64,000 bases of DNA from Nitrosopumilales archaeon (GCA_044507735.1 JBIQJB010000001.1:220579-284578); one strand, 5' to 3'. Positions 38,558-48,750 are shown, counted from the stretch's first letter. Translations and numbers: made by a program. The notes: a model not told the origin generated them from the sequence alone.

Positions 38558-38701
38558 ATGACAGATATAAAAGAAGGCATGGAAGACGCAGGAGATAAGA
38601 TAAAGGCCGGAGCCAAGGCAATGGGCGAAAAGATGAAGGATACCGGCAAAGACGTAGAATCAGAGTACAACAAAGAGAAATTGAAAGAAAAGCTGGACTA
38701 G
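38558..38701 (+). CDS. 47-aa LEA-like helical hydrophilin
   Basis: MTDIKEGMEDAGDKIKAGAKAMGEKMKDTGKDVESEYNKEKLKEKLD; TATATC upstream; T-tract downstream. Confidence 0.7.
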   Translation: MTDIKEGMEDAGDKIKAGAKAMGEKMKDTGKDVESEYNKEKLKEKLD

Positions 38702-38745
38702 ATATTGTCTAGTCCTGCTCAATTTTTTACTGATCCTGCCAACCC

Positions 38746-39135
38746 TTATTTTAGACGGTTGAACCCGCCCGTGTAAATGCTTGATCCCTTGGTGATTAGG
38801 CCAAAAAATTCGTTCCCAATCGGCTCAAGGCTCTTGTCCTGCATCATTTTGGCAAATGTTTCATCACGGTGCTTGCGGTCCCTGTAATACTGCAGCTCCA
38901 TCCATGCCTCTTCGTCTTCAGTGGCAGAGAGGCTCCTGTCAATTGTCACCATCGGCATGCCTCCGATGTCCTGGATGCCTTCGAACTGGTAATACTCTAT
39001 GCCTACTCCGTTCTTCTCAAACCATGGGATGAACTGCTTCAGATTATTTACAATCAACTCATGGTTCATTTTTGGCACCCTGTAGAAAAAGGCTTCAAGG
39101 TGACTTCTGTTCTTGGCAGATTCGCTGCTGTTCAT
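38746..39135 (-). CDS. DUF1428 family protein
   Basis: FFYRVPK...YRDRKHRDE...MMQD...GGF; ATG 39135 fits TATA spacing. Confidence 0.78.
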   Translation of the reverse strand: MNSSESAKNRSHLEAFFYRVPKMNHELIVNNLKQFIPWFEKNGVGIEYYQFEGIQDIGGMPMVTIDRSLSATEDEEAWMELQYYRDRKHRDETFAKMMQDKSLEPIGNEFFGLITKGSSIYTGGFNRLK

Positions 39136-39170
39136 GTCCACACTTGTAGTGGAGAAAATAAAAGGCGTTA

Positions 39171-39184
39171 CTCCCCAAGGGGAG
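39171..39184. promoter_or_regulatory. Palindrome CTCCCCAAGGGGAG upstream of the DUF1428 TATA
   Basis: Identical copy at 40193-40206 with the same spacing to TATA and near-identical spacing to ATG. Confidence 0.75.
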
Positions 39185-39240
39185 GTTGTTTTTTTCAGGC
39201 CATTTAAGACTGATACAGCTTCTGTAGGAGTGAAACACAA

Positions 39241-39702
39241 CTAGCCATTGTATGCCCGTTGGAGTGCATCAATGTCTACTTTCTTCATCTTCAGATATGC
39301 TTCTGTAACTCGCGCTACCTTGCCTTTATCTTCGTCCTTCAGCATCTTTGCCAGAATGGTTGGGACAATCTGCCACGACAAGCCGTACTTGTCCTTCAAC
39401 CAACCACACTGTTCAGCCTTTGGGTCAGATGAGAGCTTTTCCCAGTAATAGTCGATCTCTTGTTGCGTCTCACAGTGCACCACAAATGATATCGCTTCTG
39501 TGAACTTGAAGTACGGACCGGCCGAGATGAGGGTAAAATCCTGGCCCAACAGCTCAATGTTGACTATCTGGGTTGTCCCAGAAGGAGTGTTTTCAATCGT
39601 CGCCTTGTTCTTGATCCTTGAACCCTTAAAGATAGTTGTATAGAATTTTGCAGCCTCTTCCGCCTCTTTGTCAAACCAGAGAAATGGAGTAATTTTCTGC
39701 AT
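39241..39702 (-). CDS. VOC/PhnB-like (3-dmu-9 3-methyltransferase domain) protein
   Basis: MQKITPFLWFDKEAEEAAKFY...CETQQEIDYYWEKL...CGWLKDKYGLSWQIVP. Confidence 0.93.
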   Translation of the reverse strand: MQKITPFLWFDKEAEEAAKFYTTIFKGSRIKNKATIENTPSGTTQIVNIELLGQDFTLISAGPYFKFTEAISFVVHCETQQEIDYYWEKLSSDPKAEQCGWLKDKYGLSWQIVPTILAKMLKDEDKGKVARVTEAYLKMKKVDIDALQRAYNG

Positions 39703-39708
39703 GCCCTA

Positions 39709-40158
39709 TCACTCATTGTTCCTAATCTCGTCAGGCACTGCATCCATATTCGTGTGGAAAATCTCCCAGATATGCCCGTCAACATCTTGGGAAGCGCGGC
39801 TGTACATCCAACCATAGTCTTGAGCCTTTCTGTACTCCGAACCGCCGGCTGCTACTGCTATCGTCCCTCCACTCATCTCGTCCACTTCCTGGCGGCTACG
39901 TACAGTCAGTGCGATAAGTTCTTTGGCGCTACTCTTGACATCACAGATTTCTTTGTCGGGAACAAATTCCCTGAAGAATTTTTCAACCAGCAACATCGCG
40001 CAAATGTTTTCATCTGTTAGAGGACACGCAGCGTTTTCGTCGGTAAAGGCTGGATCGAACGAGAAGCCGAGCTTGCCAAAAAAGTTCATCGTCCTCATCA
40101 AGTCATTGATCGGCAGGTTGACGAATATCTGATTTGTGTCACTTGCTTGTGCGTTCAT
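39709..40158 (-). CDS. VOC/glyoxalase family protein
   Basis: QIFVNLPINDL...FTDENAAC...DYGWMYSRASQDVDGHIWEI. Confidence 0.85.
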   Translation of the reverse strand: MNAQASDTNQIFVNLPINDLMRTMNFFGKLGFSFDPAFTDENAACPLTDENICAMLLVEKFFREFVPDKEICDVKSSAKELIALTVRSRQEVDEMSGGTIAVAAGGSEYRKAQDYGWMYSRASQDVDGHIWEIFHTNMDAVPDEIRNNE

Positions 40159-40192
40159 GCCTGAACTATTGCAGATAACATAAAAGGGATTA

Positions 40193-40206
40193 CTCCCCAA
40201 GGGGAG
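40193..40206. promoter_or_regulatory. Palindrome CTCCCCAAGGGGAG upstream of the VOC TATA
   Basis: Second identical copy, within the shared 18-mer TTACTCCCCAAGGGGAGG. Confidence 0.75.
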
Positions 40207-40238
40207 GCTTATTAATTACAGATAGCAACTATTGATGC

Positions 40239-40535
40239 TTGCCAAAGCCGAAGCGAAACAAGATGGAGATATACAATGACATCCTGACTGCAATCAAGGC
40301 GGAATTGACAAACGGCGAGGTCAAGCCTACGAGGGTCCAGACGATGAGCAATCTCGCCTATGACAAGCTCATAAGATATCTGAATGAGCTGGAGAGCAAG
40401 AGGATGATCGTGCAGAATCCGCTTCAACTGACCGAGAGGGGTTACGACTTTTTGCGAGATTACGATCGCATCCGGGATTTCGTGGCAGCGATGGGTGTAA
40501 AGTATCTTGGCGTGGATAGTGGGAGGGAGCTCTAG
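40239..40535 (+). CDS. Winged helix-turn-helix (HTH_45-type) regulator
   Basis: KRNKMEIYNDIL...PTRVQTMSNLAYDKLIRYLNEL...LTERGYDFL. Confidence 0.88.
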   Translation: MPKPKRNKMEIYNDILTAIKAELTNGEVKPTRVQTMSNLAYDKLIRYLNELESKRMIVQNPLQLTERGYDFLRDYDRIRDFVAAMGVKYLGVDSGREL

Positions 40536-41140
40536 TGAGCATTGATGATGAATATCGACCTGTAAAGTTCCTCGACAGACTCGAAGGCAACAACCACATT
40601 GTTCTCCTATACGACGATGAAAAATATGCTGACATGATAATAGCCCGCTATTTCCTGAACGGGTTGGAAAAGGGCGAATCCTGTATCTTTTTCACGGCTG
40701 ATGATCCAGAGGCAGTTGAAGGGAGGTTAGCCGCGCAAGGCATCGAAGTCGAGTTGTACAAGAAGAAAAACTCGCTACGCATTTTTTGCATAGAGAGGTC
40801 TGACGAGAACAAGCATGACTTCCTTGCAACTCTCAAGCGCATAAGGGCCGAGGCCACCAAGGGTATGAAGCCACCTTACAGGTTCGCCGGCAGGACAATA
40901 ATCGATACGACTACGGTAGAAGGAATGAACCTTGGGATGGATTTGGAAAGGGTGGGTCACGAGCATTTCAGCGAATTTGACAATTCACAATTGTGCTTCT
41001 ATGATATATCAGGCATAGAACCCACACAGAGGGACAAGTGGATCAGCCAGCTCTTGAAGAACCATCACCACGTCGTGTATGCATCAAGCCCTGACAAGGC
41101 CGTCGCGTTTGAAACCGATCTACTGGTAGAAGACAGCTGA
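40535..41140 (+). CDS. MEDS sensory domain protein
   Basis: HIVLLYDD...YFLNGLEKGESCIF...E...QLCFYDI...LLKNHHHVV. Confidence 0.82.
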   Translation: MSIDDEYRPVKFLDRLEGNNHIVLLYDDEKYADMIIARYFLNGLEKGESCIFFTADDPEAVEGRLAAQGIEVELYKKKNSLRIFCIERSDENKHDFLATLKRIRAEATKGMKPPYRFAGRTIIDTTTVEGMNLGMDLERVGHEHFSEFDNSQLCFYDISGIEPTQRDKWISQLLKNHHHVVYASSPDKAVAFETDLLVEDS

Positions 41141-41153
41141 TGGTCTTGTACCA

Positions 41154-41369
41154 TCATTCACTCAGCTTGCTTACCACAAACGCGGAGCCAAAGACTGCGG
41201 CGCTTCCAACCAGCAAAAAGACGCCGATGACTGCCCAGTTGACGCTTGGTAACTGTAAGAGCTGAAATACTATGCCAGAATCTAGGAGGAAGTGCAGGCC
41301 AAATGCCATCAAGAATGTTCCCACTACTATCAGGGCGATGACCTTGAACATGTTTCTTCTTAACTCCAA
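41154..41369 (-). CDS. Small two-TM membrane protein
   Basis: Two hydrophobic helices in 71 aa. Confidence 0.6.
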   Translation of the reverse strand: MELRRNMFKVIALIVVGTFLMAFGLHFLLDSGIVFQLLQLPSVNWAVIGVFLLVGSAAVFGSAFVVSKLSE

Positions 41370-41547
41370 AAAGCGATAAGAACTGCCAAGCTTGAAAAAT
41401 TTGATATTTCGATCCAGAATGGAATTTTGCTCTAGTACTTAAGATTGGAACAATTGTGATGTATATTGACCATGCATACATGAAAGCGTGTCCATCTACA
41501 TTGCAAAATTTTCAGACTTTCTAAAAGGATTATATAATCTGCACACA

Positions 41548-42003
41548 TTGTTAAATCTCTCTTTGAACCTTAAGGAAGCAAACGAGGTATTTCGGCGGGC
41601 CATAATCAAGGCATACTTTGAGCCAGAGCTACTCAAGATGGACTACCGCAGGTCAAGCGTAAAGCACCCAAACATCTCTGAAGGCGGCCTAACGGTCGAA
41701 GATGTCTTGCATCTGTATTTTGACGTCTCTACCGGCAACGACTACCCTGACGGCGACGAATGGTTCAGCGTCGAATATCTACTTCCGTACAGCGTCAAGC
41801 TGCCGGACGGCTTGAAAGGCCCTGACTATTTCACAACTCTATCGATATCCGAAGGCAAACACTACTGGAGGCATCGCGAGCTCATAAGATTCAAGTACGG
41901 CAAGTCGAAAAAGCTGACCGAGTCGCTGGAGTTCATCGACAAGAAGTATAAGGAGCTAAGCAAGTCGATACACGACTCGCCGGTCATCAACCAGCTGAAA
42001 TAG
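41548..42003 (+). CDS. Conserved hypothetical protein
   Basis: Typical codon usage; start uncertain (41488-41548). Confidence 0.72.
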   Translation: MLNLSLNLKEANEVFRRAIIKAYFEPELLKMDYRRSSVKHPNISEGGLTVEDVLHLYFDVSTGNDYPDGDEWFSVEYLLPYSVKLPDGLKGPDYFTTLSISEGKHYWRHRELIRFKYGKSKKLTESLEFIDKKYKELSKSIHDSPVINQLK

Positions 42004-42025
42004 CAATACTTGTAGTCCGGATTTT

Positions 42026-42568
42026 TTACTTTGTTTTCTTCCACTCGCCGTCCCTGAAGGCATAACTGATGACATCGCTCTTTGCCACGGCGGGTGTCCA
42101 TCTGTAGGCATCTTCGTCGTAAGAGTACCATATCTCTTCTATGCCTGGCGGAATTGCCATCAGCTGAATTGGAACAATGTCGACCATGTACTCTATTTTC
42201 TCAATGCCCATTTCAAACGATCTGTCTCTCTTTGACAACAACGGGAACACGACATCAGCATCCACCTCATTGCCAAAACCCGCGAACCTCACAACCGCCT
42301 TCAGCCCTTTTCTGCCGCGCCTGGACTTGGCGTCCTTTATCACACCTTTGATCTTGAGCCAGCTCTCCATTGTGAACTCTTGAAAAAACAATTCACCATA
42401 GTGCAGCGGAAATCCAATTTCGATCATGCTGGCATACTGTGGATCGTCGGGCTGAAGCTGTTTCTCCTCCACTTCGAAGGAGCGTCTCAAAGTGTCATAG
42501 ATGACTTCCATCTCCCAAGGCGATATGCCATAATGATGGAAAGTGGCAGTCGCAGCCGCTTGTGACAC
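42026..42568 (-). CDS. Conserved hypothetical protein
   Basis: 180-aa ORF with ISPWEMEVIY...W..IKGVIK..K.RRG pattern. Confidence 0.78.
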   Translation of the reverse strand: MSQAAATATFHHYGISPWEMEVIYDTLRRSFEVEEKQLQPDDPQYASMIEIGFPLHYGELFFQEFTMESWLKIKGVIKDAKSRRGRKGLKAVVRFAGFGNEVDADVVFPLLSKRDRSFEMGIEKIEYMVDIVPIQLMAIPPGIEEIWYSYDEDAYRWTPAVAKSDVISYAFRDGEWKKTK

Positions 42569-42603
42569 GGCGTGAAATTATAGAAAAAGAAATAATAGTC
42601 TTG

Positions 42604-43155
42604 CTAGAAGACGCCCACGAATTTTGTCAAATAGACCAGAGACAGAGTCACTACTACTCCTGCCATGTGCTTCCATGGTATTGGCGGTAACCTCGGCGCG
42701 TTCAGCGTTATCTGGTGGTTGTCGATCACACTTGCGATGTATTGCTTTAGCTTGGCATGCCAGATCTGATACTCAATCTTGTGCTTTTTGAGAATCGACT
42801 CTATTTCGTAAATGACTGGAGCCCTGACTGAGCGGATGTGTTGTATGTACCTGCGCGAAATCTCTACTTCTGCATGGATAGCTATTAGTCCTTGCTGCAT
42901 TTCGAGGAGGCGCACGTGCATCTCCCATGGCTTTGCAAGCTTTTTAGCGAATCCATGCCCAATCTGGGTTGGCTTGCGGTTTTCCATGCTGACACGCTGA
43001 AATCCTTCTGACATCAGGGCAGAGATGATTTCATCCTTCTTTGTCCTGACCATGAGACACAAATGGTCCAGCTCAATCTCTTCTTTGCGGATAAGATCCT
43101 GTATTCCTTTTACAAAGTTGATTGTCCGCGGATAGCTCGTAAGGAATTCGGACAT
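42604..43155 (-). CDS. Conserved hypothetical protein with C-terminal TM
   Basis: KPWEMHVR...IHAEVEISRRYIQH; ATG 43155 fits TATA spacing. Confidence 0.78.
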   Translation of the reverse strand: MSEFLTSYPRTINFVKGIQDLIRKEEIELDHLCLMVRTKKDEIISALMSEGFQRVSMENRKPTQIGHGFAKKLAKPWEMHVRLLEMQQGLIAIHAEVEISRRYIQHIRSVRAPVIYEIESILKKHKIEYQIWHAKLKQYIASVIDNHQITLNAPRLPPIPWKHMAGVVVTLSLVYLTKFVGVF

Positions 43156-43215
43156 TTTATGGTGTAGGACTTGTTCACTGAAAGGGCATATTAAAACTCT
43201 ATGCATCAGTAATCT

Positions 43216-43995
43216 CTAACAGTTCTCTCTGACACGGCGGACTCCCCTCAAGTAGATGTCCTGGTTAGGCTCTACCGCCATGTCTCTCCATGAGAACTTC
43301 CTCTCGGACCACGCGACTTTCGCTCCTCTCACGATGGAGACGGGAGTTGCCTCGTCACTCTCGCCCATTACTGCCACACCCATAGTAGCAAGCCCGTCGG
43401 CAATTGCCTTGAACGTGTATTTCAGGACGTTGCCAAAAAGGTCCCTCTTCCCGCGCAGGTCCTCGACTGGTTCGAACCCTGCACAGGCTATCGCAATGCC
43501 TGTGGTACCGATACGGGTCGGCATTATCCTGCTGTCTGCGATAACGATCCCGACTTTGACACCGATCTCTTTCTTGAATCTCTGTCTCAGCTCTTCGGCT
43601 GTGCCGAATGGATCGCGTGGATAGAGGATAGCATACCCCTTTGGCACATTGGATCTGTCGATGCCTGCATTTGGTGCAATCGTGCCGTCCTTTATCGCGA
43701 GCAAGAAGCCAGGCACTCCTTTGATAACATAATCTGATTCTCGTAACACAAGTTCCGCCATCTTTTGGTCTATGTGACACTTAGCCGCCAATGCACGGGC
43801 TTTCTTGCTCGCTCTTATCCTAGCGAGATTTACCACTGCGCCTTCGCTCATTGACACAAACTTGCTTGAAATCACCACAATATCATTGTCCTTGTAGTCG
43901 AAATCCTTCATGCTTTCAAAAAGGTCAAATCTGCCTTTCTTGACTCCAATCTGCACAGGGACGATCTCGATCAAGCAGAATGACGTAATTCGCAC
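43216..43995 (-). CDS. cofE: Coenzyme F420-0:L-glutamate ligase
   Basis: VVISSKFVSMSEG, NAGIDRSN, IADS...R.G, D.RG..DLFG..L, MGESDEATP. Confidence 0.92.
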   Translation of the reverse strand: MRITSFCLIEIVPVQIGVKKGRFDLFESMKDFDYKDNDIVVISSKFVSMSEGAVVNLARIRASKKARALAAKCHIDQKMAELVLRESDYVIKGVPGFLLAIKDGTIAPNAGIDRSNVPKGYAILYPRDPFGTAEELRQRFKKEIGVKVGIVIADSRIMPTRIGTTGIAIACAGFEPVEDLRGKRDLFGNVLKYTFKAIADGLATMGVAVMGESDEATPVSIVRGAKVAWSERKFSWRDMAVEPNQDIYLRGVRRVRENC

Positions 43996-44064
43996 TCACT
44001 TTTGTGCCTTCTGCAAAGGTTTTAATCCGTCATTCTGGAATTTTCTCACAATACGTGAATTGCT

Positions 44065-45348
44065 TTGGCAGGAATGACAATCACCGAAAAGATACTCGCA
44101 CGTGCGGCGGACAAGCAAAGGGTGTCTCCCGGCGATGTCGTGTTTGCAAAGGTCGACAAGGTCATGATGCATGACGTCTCCGGACCCGGAGTTATCAAGG
44201 TATTCAGCGAGTGGGAGAAAAAGGGCAAAAAACTAGAGCGCATCTGGAATCCAGATAAGGTTTGGGTCACAGAAGATCACTTTGTCCCAGCTGCTGACAG
44301 GGTATCTGCAGAGAACATCATCACGCTATCCAACTTTACGAGGAAATATGGGATCAACAAGCACTTCAAGTACGGCCTTGGCCAGTACGGGATCTGTCAT
44401 ACTCTCTCTCATGAAGAGGCGATGGTGCTTCCCGGGGAGGTCTATGTAGGGGGAGACTCGCACACAAACACTACAGGAGCGATGGGCGCCTTTGCGGCAG
44501 GGCTTGGTCACACTGATATTGCATATGTCCTTATGAACGGTCAGATCTGGTTCAAGGTTCCGGAGACGATGCTCTTCAAAATCGAAGGAAACAAGCCTGA
44601 TCACATCATGGCAAAGGACATCATATTGAAAATAATTGGCGATATAGGAACTGACGGCGCCAACTACAAGACGATGCAGTTTGGTGGCAGCGTGGTCAAG
44701 AAACTGGCGATGGAAGAACGCCTCACTCTCACAAACATGACCACTGAAGCAGGCGCCAAGAATGGAATAATCGAACCTGACGAAACCACATTTGCCTACC
44801 TTAGTGAAAGGACTGATGCGAAATACTCGCCAGTAAACGGCGATCCAGACGCACACTATTCTGAAGTTTTCACTTATGAAATCGAGAAACTCGAACCCAC
44901 GGTGGCCAAGCCGTTTTCACCCGGAAACATCTCTGCGGCAAGGGAGCTGCAGGGTACTGAACTTGACAAGGCGTATATCGGTTCATGTACAGGTGCAAAG
45001 CTCGAAGACTTGCGCGAGGCAGCCAAGATACTGAAGGGAAAGAAGGTAAAGATCAGGACTGAGGTACTCCCTGCAGCGCAGTCAATCTACATGAAGGCAA
45101 TGAAGGAAGGACTAATATCGATATTCATGGAAGCAGGCGCAATTGTAGGACCGCCTACATGCGGCGCATGCTGTGGGGCGCACATGGGTGTACTGGGCAA
45201 GGGTGAGATATGCATCAGTACTACTAACAGGAACTTTCCGGGGAGGATGGGTCATGTGGAATCACAAACATATCTCGCGTCGCCGATAGTAGTTGCAGCA
45301 TCTGCAATCACGGGCAAGATAACTGATCCGAGGGATGTGTCAAATTGA
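44065..45348 (+). CDS. leuC: 3-isopropylmalate dehydratase/homoaconitase large subunit
   Basis: GICH, DSHT, IGSCTG, PTCGACCG, STTNRNFPGRMG. Confidence 0.93.
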   Translation: MAGMTITEKILARAADKQRVSPGDVVFAKVDKVMMHDVSGPGVIKVFSEWEKKGKKLERIWNPDKVWVTEDHFVPAADRVSAENIITLSNFTRKYGINKHFKYGLGQYGICHTLSHEEAMVLPGEVYVGGDSHTNTTGAMGAFAAGLGHTDIAYVLMNGQIWFKVPETMLFKIEGNKPDHIMAKDIILKIIGDIGTDGANYKTMQFGGSVVKKLAMEERLTLTNMTTEAGAKNGIIEPDETTFAYLSERTDAKYSPVNGDPDAHYSEVFTYEIEKLEPTVAKPFSPGNISAARELQGTELDKAYIGSCTGAKLEDLREAAKILKGKKVKIRTEVLPAAQSIYMKAMKEGLISIFMEAGAIVGPPTCGACCGAHMGVLGKGEICISTTNRNFPGRMGHVESQTYLASPIVVAASAITGKITDPRDVSN

Positions 45349-45842
45349 ACCAGAAGACATTGAGAGGTAAGGTTCACAAATACGAGCGCGACAACATCGA
45401 CACAGATGTCATAATTCCCGGTCCATACCTGAAAATTCACGATCACAAAGAGCTTGCTAAACACGCAATGGAGGGCATCGATCCTAAATTCCCAGAGAAA
45501 GTGTCACAGGGAGACTTTCTTGTGACGGGCAACAACTTTGGCTGCGGTTCTAGCAGGGAGCACGCACCGATTGCGCTTTCGCAGACGGGTATCAAAGCGA
45601 TTTTGTCACCATCGTTCGCAAGGATCTTCTACAGGAATGCAGTTGACGGTGGATATTTGCTGCCGATAGAAATCGACGAGGCAACAGTCAAAAAAATCTC
45701 TGACAAGGACGAATTGGAAATAGATCTTACACAGAACAGGATAACCAACGTCACAAAGAATGAGCAGTACTCCATGAAGCCATTCCCTGAACTGATCGCA
45801 AGAATTGTCGAGGCTGGCGGGCTAATGAACTACAAGCCGTGA
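45345..45842 (+). CDS. leuD: 3-isopropylmalate dehydratase small subunit
   Basis: NIDTDVIIP, NFGCGSSREHA, SFARIFYRN. Confidence 0.93.
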   Translation: MNQKTLRGKVHKYERDNIDTDVIIPGPYLKIHDHKELAKHAMEGIDPKFPEKVSQGDFLVTGNNFGCGSSREHAPIALSQTGIKAILSPSFARIFYRNAVDGGYLLPIEIDEATVKKISDKDELEIDLTQNRITNVTKNEQYSMKPFPELIARIVEAGGLMNYKP

Positions 45843-46195
45843 TCTCATCCTTTTCCCCGCTTTTTCCTTCTTTCTCATATCCTGCATCTCCTATGAAAAG
45901 CCGGATAGATTGAGAACAACCTGTGCGCTGACCTGGTCTCTACCTACTCGTTTTTCATTGTCGTACTCTTGATATTACTTAGGCGCATTCCCGTGGGACT
46001 TGCTGCGTATTTCGCGCAGGCGTGAACTAGAAGAGTCTTCTTGCCTCTCTGGGCCCATCCATGACAGGACAGCGAAACTCTTGCAACTGCGGCCGCTTCT
46101 TCCTATTCTTGTAGTGGGCATGAGGGAGACCCGGAGACGTCGCGCATGGATCTACATTCTACATGATATATAGCGAGCGCGTCAATAATTGTGTC

Positions 46196-46414
46196 ATGGC
46201 ACGCAAGGGGCGACTGGAAGAGATTTTCAGCAGGGCGCTGTATGCCGATGACCCCAAACTCTATTCTGTATGCTATCGTGACTTTGAAAGCATCGTAGAA
46301 GTCTCATTGCCAGATTTTGTCGAACTTTCGGAGAACTTTGAACTCATTCCCCAGAATCGGATCGTGCTTGTCAAAAGGGGGGACGAGGTACTGTACCGCA
46401 AACATGGCCACTAG
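46196..46414 (+). CDS. DUF504-like small protein
   Basis: VCYRD...IPQNRI..VKRGDEVLYRK. Confidence 0.75.
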   Translation: MARKGRLEEIFSRALYADDPKLYSVCYRDFESIVEVSLPDFVELSENFELIPQNRIVLVKRGDEVLYRKHGH

Positions 46415-47031
46415 TATTGTGACTCCGCAACCCAGCCTTCTGGCAGCATGATGGTATCTCTGGGATTGCCTGTGGCAGTGGCATAGCGCCAGACATTTTT
46501 GCTGATGTCGTTATCGTCGTCGCCAACGGTCACGCTTGCCTTTATCTTTGCAAGCGCCTCAATCTCATTCTGAATGCCGTCTGTAGCAACCTTTGTCGTT
46601 GCAAATTTCTTGCAGAACTGGCAGTGGTCATCGAGTGTGGCCGGCTTGGAGTCACCTATCACAGGATACGCTCTGCATGCGAGCGGTCTTTCTGAATAGA
46701 TCCTGCAGCTATAGCCGCCATGGGGAGATTTCGTATTGCTCTCGACATCTAGGAAAGGACAAAGGTCGCCATCTTCATTCTTGCCCATCATCTGGTATGC
46801 AATCACCTTCTCCGGGAATTCCCTGCCGATTGCAATCCTTGGCAATATCTTTACCTTGATCTGCATCTTTTTCGCAAGACTTTCGATCATCTCCTTTTCT
46901 TCGGGCAACAAGAGCACTCCTATCTTGCCGTATTCTGTAGACGGGTAATGTTGCCTGTATATGCAGCAGTCAGAACAGCCTTGGACGCAGCTGAATTTCT
47001 TCACGACTTGTTTTCTTGTATGCACTGCCAC
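46411..47031 (-). CDS. YkgJ-family CxxCxxCC cysteine-cluster protein
   Basis: FSCVQGCSDCC...CPFL...CRIYSERPLACRAYP; start uncertain. Confidence 0.88.
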   Translation of the reverse strand: MAVHTRKQVVKKFSCVQGCSDCCIYRQHYPSTEYGKIGVLLLPEEKEMIESLAKKMQIKVKILPRIAIGREFPEKVIAYQMMGKNEDGDLCPFLDVESNTKSPHGGYSCRIYSERPLACRAYPVIGDSKPATLDDHCQFCKKFATTKVATDGIQNEIEALAKIKASVTVGDDDNDISKNVWRYATATGNPRDTIMLPEGWVAESQY

Positions 47032-47477
47032 TCTATACTGCCTGGTTCGAGCTCCTCGTATTTAAGAAATGAAATATCGTATATCGACTTTGACTTTTTC
47101 AGTACTTCCAAGTCGTATTTGCTTCCGTCATTCTTCTTTGTGTTCTTCTTGTAGATCCCAAATCGCAGAATCGCCTTTTTTTCCAAGCCCGCCTTGAACC
47201 TCTCATAATTCTCGGACACCGGCACCTTCTTGACGAATCCCGTGTTATCCTTGCTATAGTCAGATCCGCCGTAGAGAATGAACCAATAGCTGCCGTCTTG
47301 TTCTACAAACCGAAGCTTTATCTTGTCGTCAGGCCACCACTCAATCGTCCTTTTCCACAACCTGAACGCAGCTATCTTATCGTCAAAGAGTGGAAAGACA
47401 TTCATGTAGACATCGTGGTATCGGTAGCCCACACCCAAAAAATCCTTGAACCAATTGGGCGGCTTGTTCAACGACAC
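47001..47477 (-). CDS. Conserved hypothetical protein
   Basis: 158-aa aromatic-rich ORF overlapping the YkgJ gene start. Confidence 0.72.
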   Translation of the reverse strand: MSLNKPPNWFKDFLGVGYRYHDVYMNVFPLFDDKIAAFRLWKRTIEWWPDDKIKLRFVEQDGSYWFILYGGSDYSKDNTGFVKKVPVSENYERFKAGLEKKAILRFGIYKKNTKKNDGSKYDLEVLKKSKSIYDISFLKYEELEPGSIEWQCIQENKS

Positions 47478-47588
47478 ATCATCGGCATCGTCGGCACCAT
47501 AATAAAAGTGAAGATGGAAAAGGAGAAAGACGAATCATCTAGCTGATAATTCAACATCGCCTAATAATACGGACAGCGCCTTTGTTCC

Positions 47589-48365
47589 ATGGAAACCAAA
47601 AAGTTCCTAGTCAAGGTGCCACTGATGCTGATGTCTGTGGCGCTCGCTGCTACCCTTTCGATAGCAGGAGCCGCTTTTGCACAAGTATCGCCCCCTGTTG
47701 ACCCTGCTGCCATTGCCGCAGTACCTGATACAAACAATACCATCTTTGTAATCGGGACCGCTACACAAAAAGTCCAACCTGACACCGTAACGGTTGTCTT
47801 TGCGGTTGAGACGGTGGAAGAGACCGCCGCAGGTGCTCTGGAATCAAATTCCCGATCAATGGGTTCGATTCTTGCGGCTCTACGGGACGCAGGCGTCGTA
47901 GAAAACGAAACCAGCACCGCCTACTTTAGCATCGGTCCAAACTACAACTATACCGAGTCTGGCAGGAATGAGCTAACGGGATACACCGTCACAAATGCAA
48001 TCATGGTCAAGAGTCATGACCTAGAAATGGCAGCTAACTGGATCGACGTAGCGATCAGTGCTGGCGCCAACAGGGTCGACAGCCTGTCTTTCTCCCTGTC
48101 GGAGAAACGGCTCGATGAAATCAAGGCAGACCTTGTACAAGATGCCATAGACAACGCTCGAAATAAGGCGGAGGCATTGGCTCAAGCACTCGATGTACGA
48201 GTTACCGGGGTCAAGGCAGCAACGTTATACGACTTCGACGCACCGGTGATGCCATTTCCACTGACGATCGCTACAGCCACAGCAGAAGATGCCTTGAGGA
48301 CGCCCATACTACCCGGCGAGCAGACGGTGACTACCACAGTAGGAGTAGTTTATGGTATGGAGTAG
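47589..48365 (+). CDS. SIMPL (DUF541) domain protein
   Basis: Signal peptide; VIGTATQKVQPD...GYTVTN...AGANRV...AIDNARNKAEALA...PGEQTV. Confidence 0.9.
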   Translation: METKKFLVKVPLMLMSVALAATLSIAGAAFAQVSPPVDPAAIAAVPDTNNTIFVIGTATQKVQPDTVTVVFAVETVEETAAGALESNSRSMGSILAALRDAGVVENETSTAYFSIGPNYNYTESGRNELTGYTVTNAIMVKSHDLEMAANWIDVAISAGANRVDSLSFSLSEKRLDEIKADLVQDAIDNARNKAEALAQALDVRVTGVKAATLYDFDAPVMPFPLTIATATAEDALRTPILPGEQTVTTTVGVVYGME

Positions 48366-48452
48366 TAAATCTACTCCAATCCTCTGTATTTTCTGTCTAT
48401 ATAGTTAGAGACGTAATACTTAATACAGACTGCATGCCTGCTTATTGTTGAG

Positions 48453-48737
48453 ATGGGCGACGTATACCGCAATAGCGTCAAGATAGTAGGTGACGTACTG
48501 CGGATAGCTGATGAATCGGGGAGAACCGGAGTCAACCTGACGTCGCTTCTGAGGAAGGCCAACCTGTCATACAGCAGGCTGGCAAATGTAGCAACAAAGC
48601 TGCTAGAAGCAGGGCTAATAGACGAGCAAGTGCAAGAAGGGCAGCGTATCTATATCATTACATCAAGAGGGAGGGACTACCTCCGCAGATACCAGCAATT
48701 TGCAGAGGTAGCTGATTCGTTCGGCCTAAAGCTCTAG
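48453..48737 (+). CDS. Winged helix-turn-helix (HTH_45-type) regulator
   Basis: YRNSVKIVGDVL...LLRKANLSYSRL...YIITSRGRDYL. Confidence 0.88.
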   Translation: MGDVYRNSVKIVGDVLRIADESGRTGVNLTSLLRKANLSYSRLANVATKLLEAGLIDEQVQEGQRIYIITSRGRDYLRRYQQFAEVADSFGLKL

Positions 48738-48750
48738 TCGACATCTGTGA

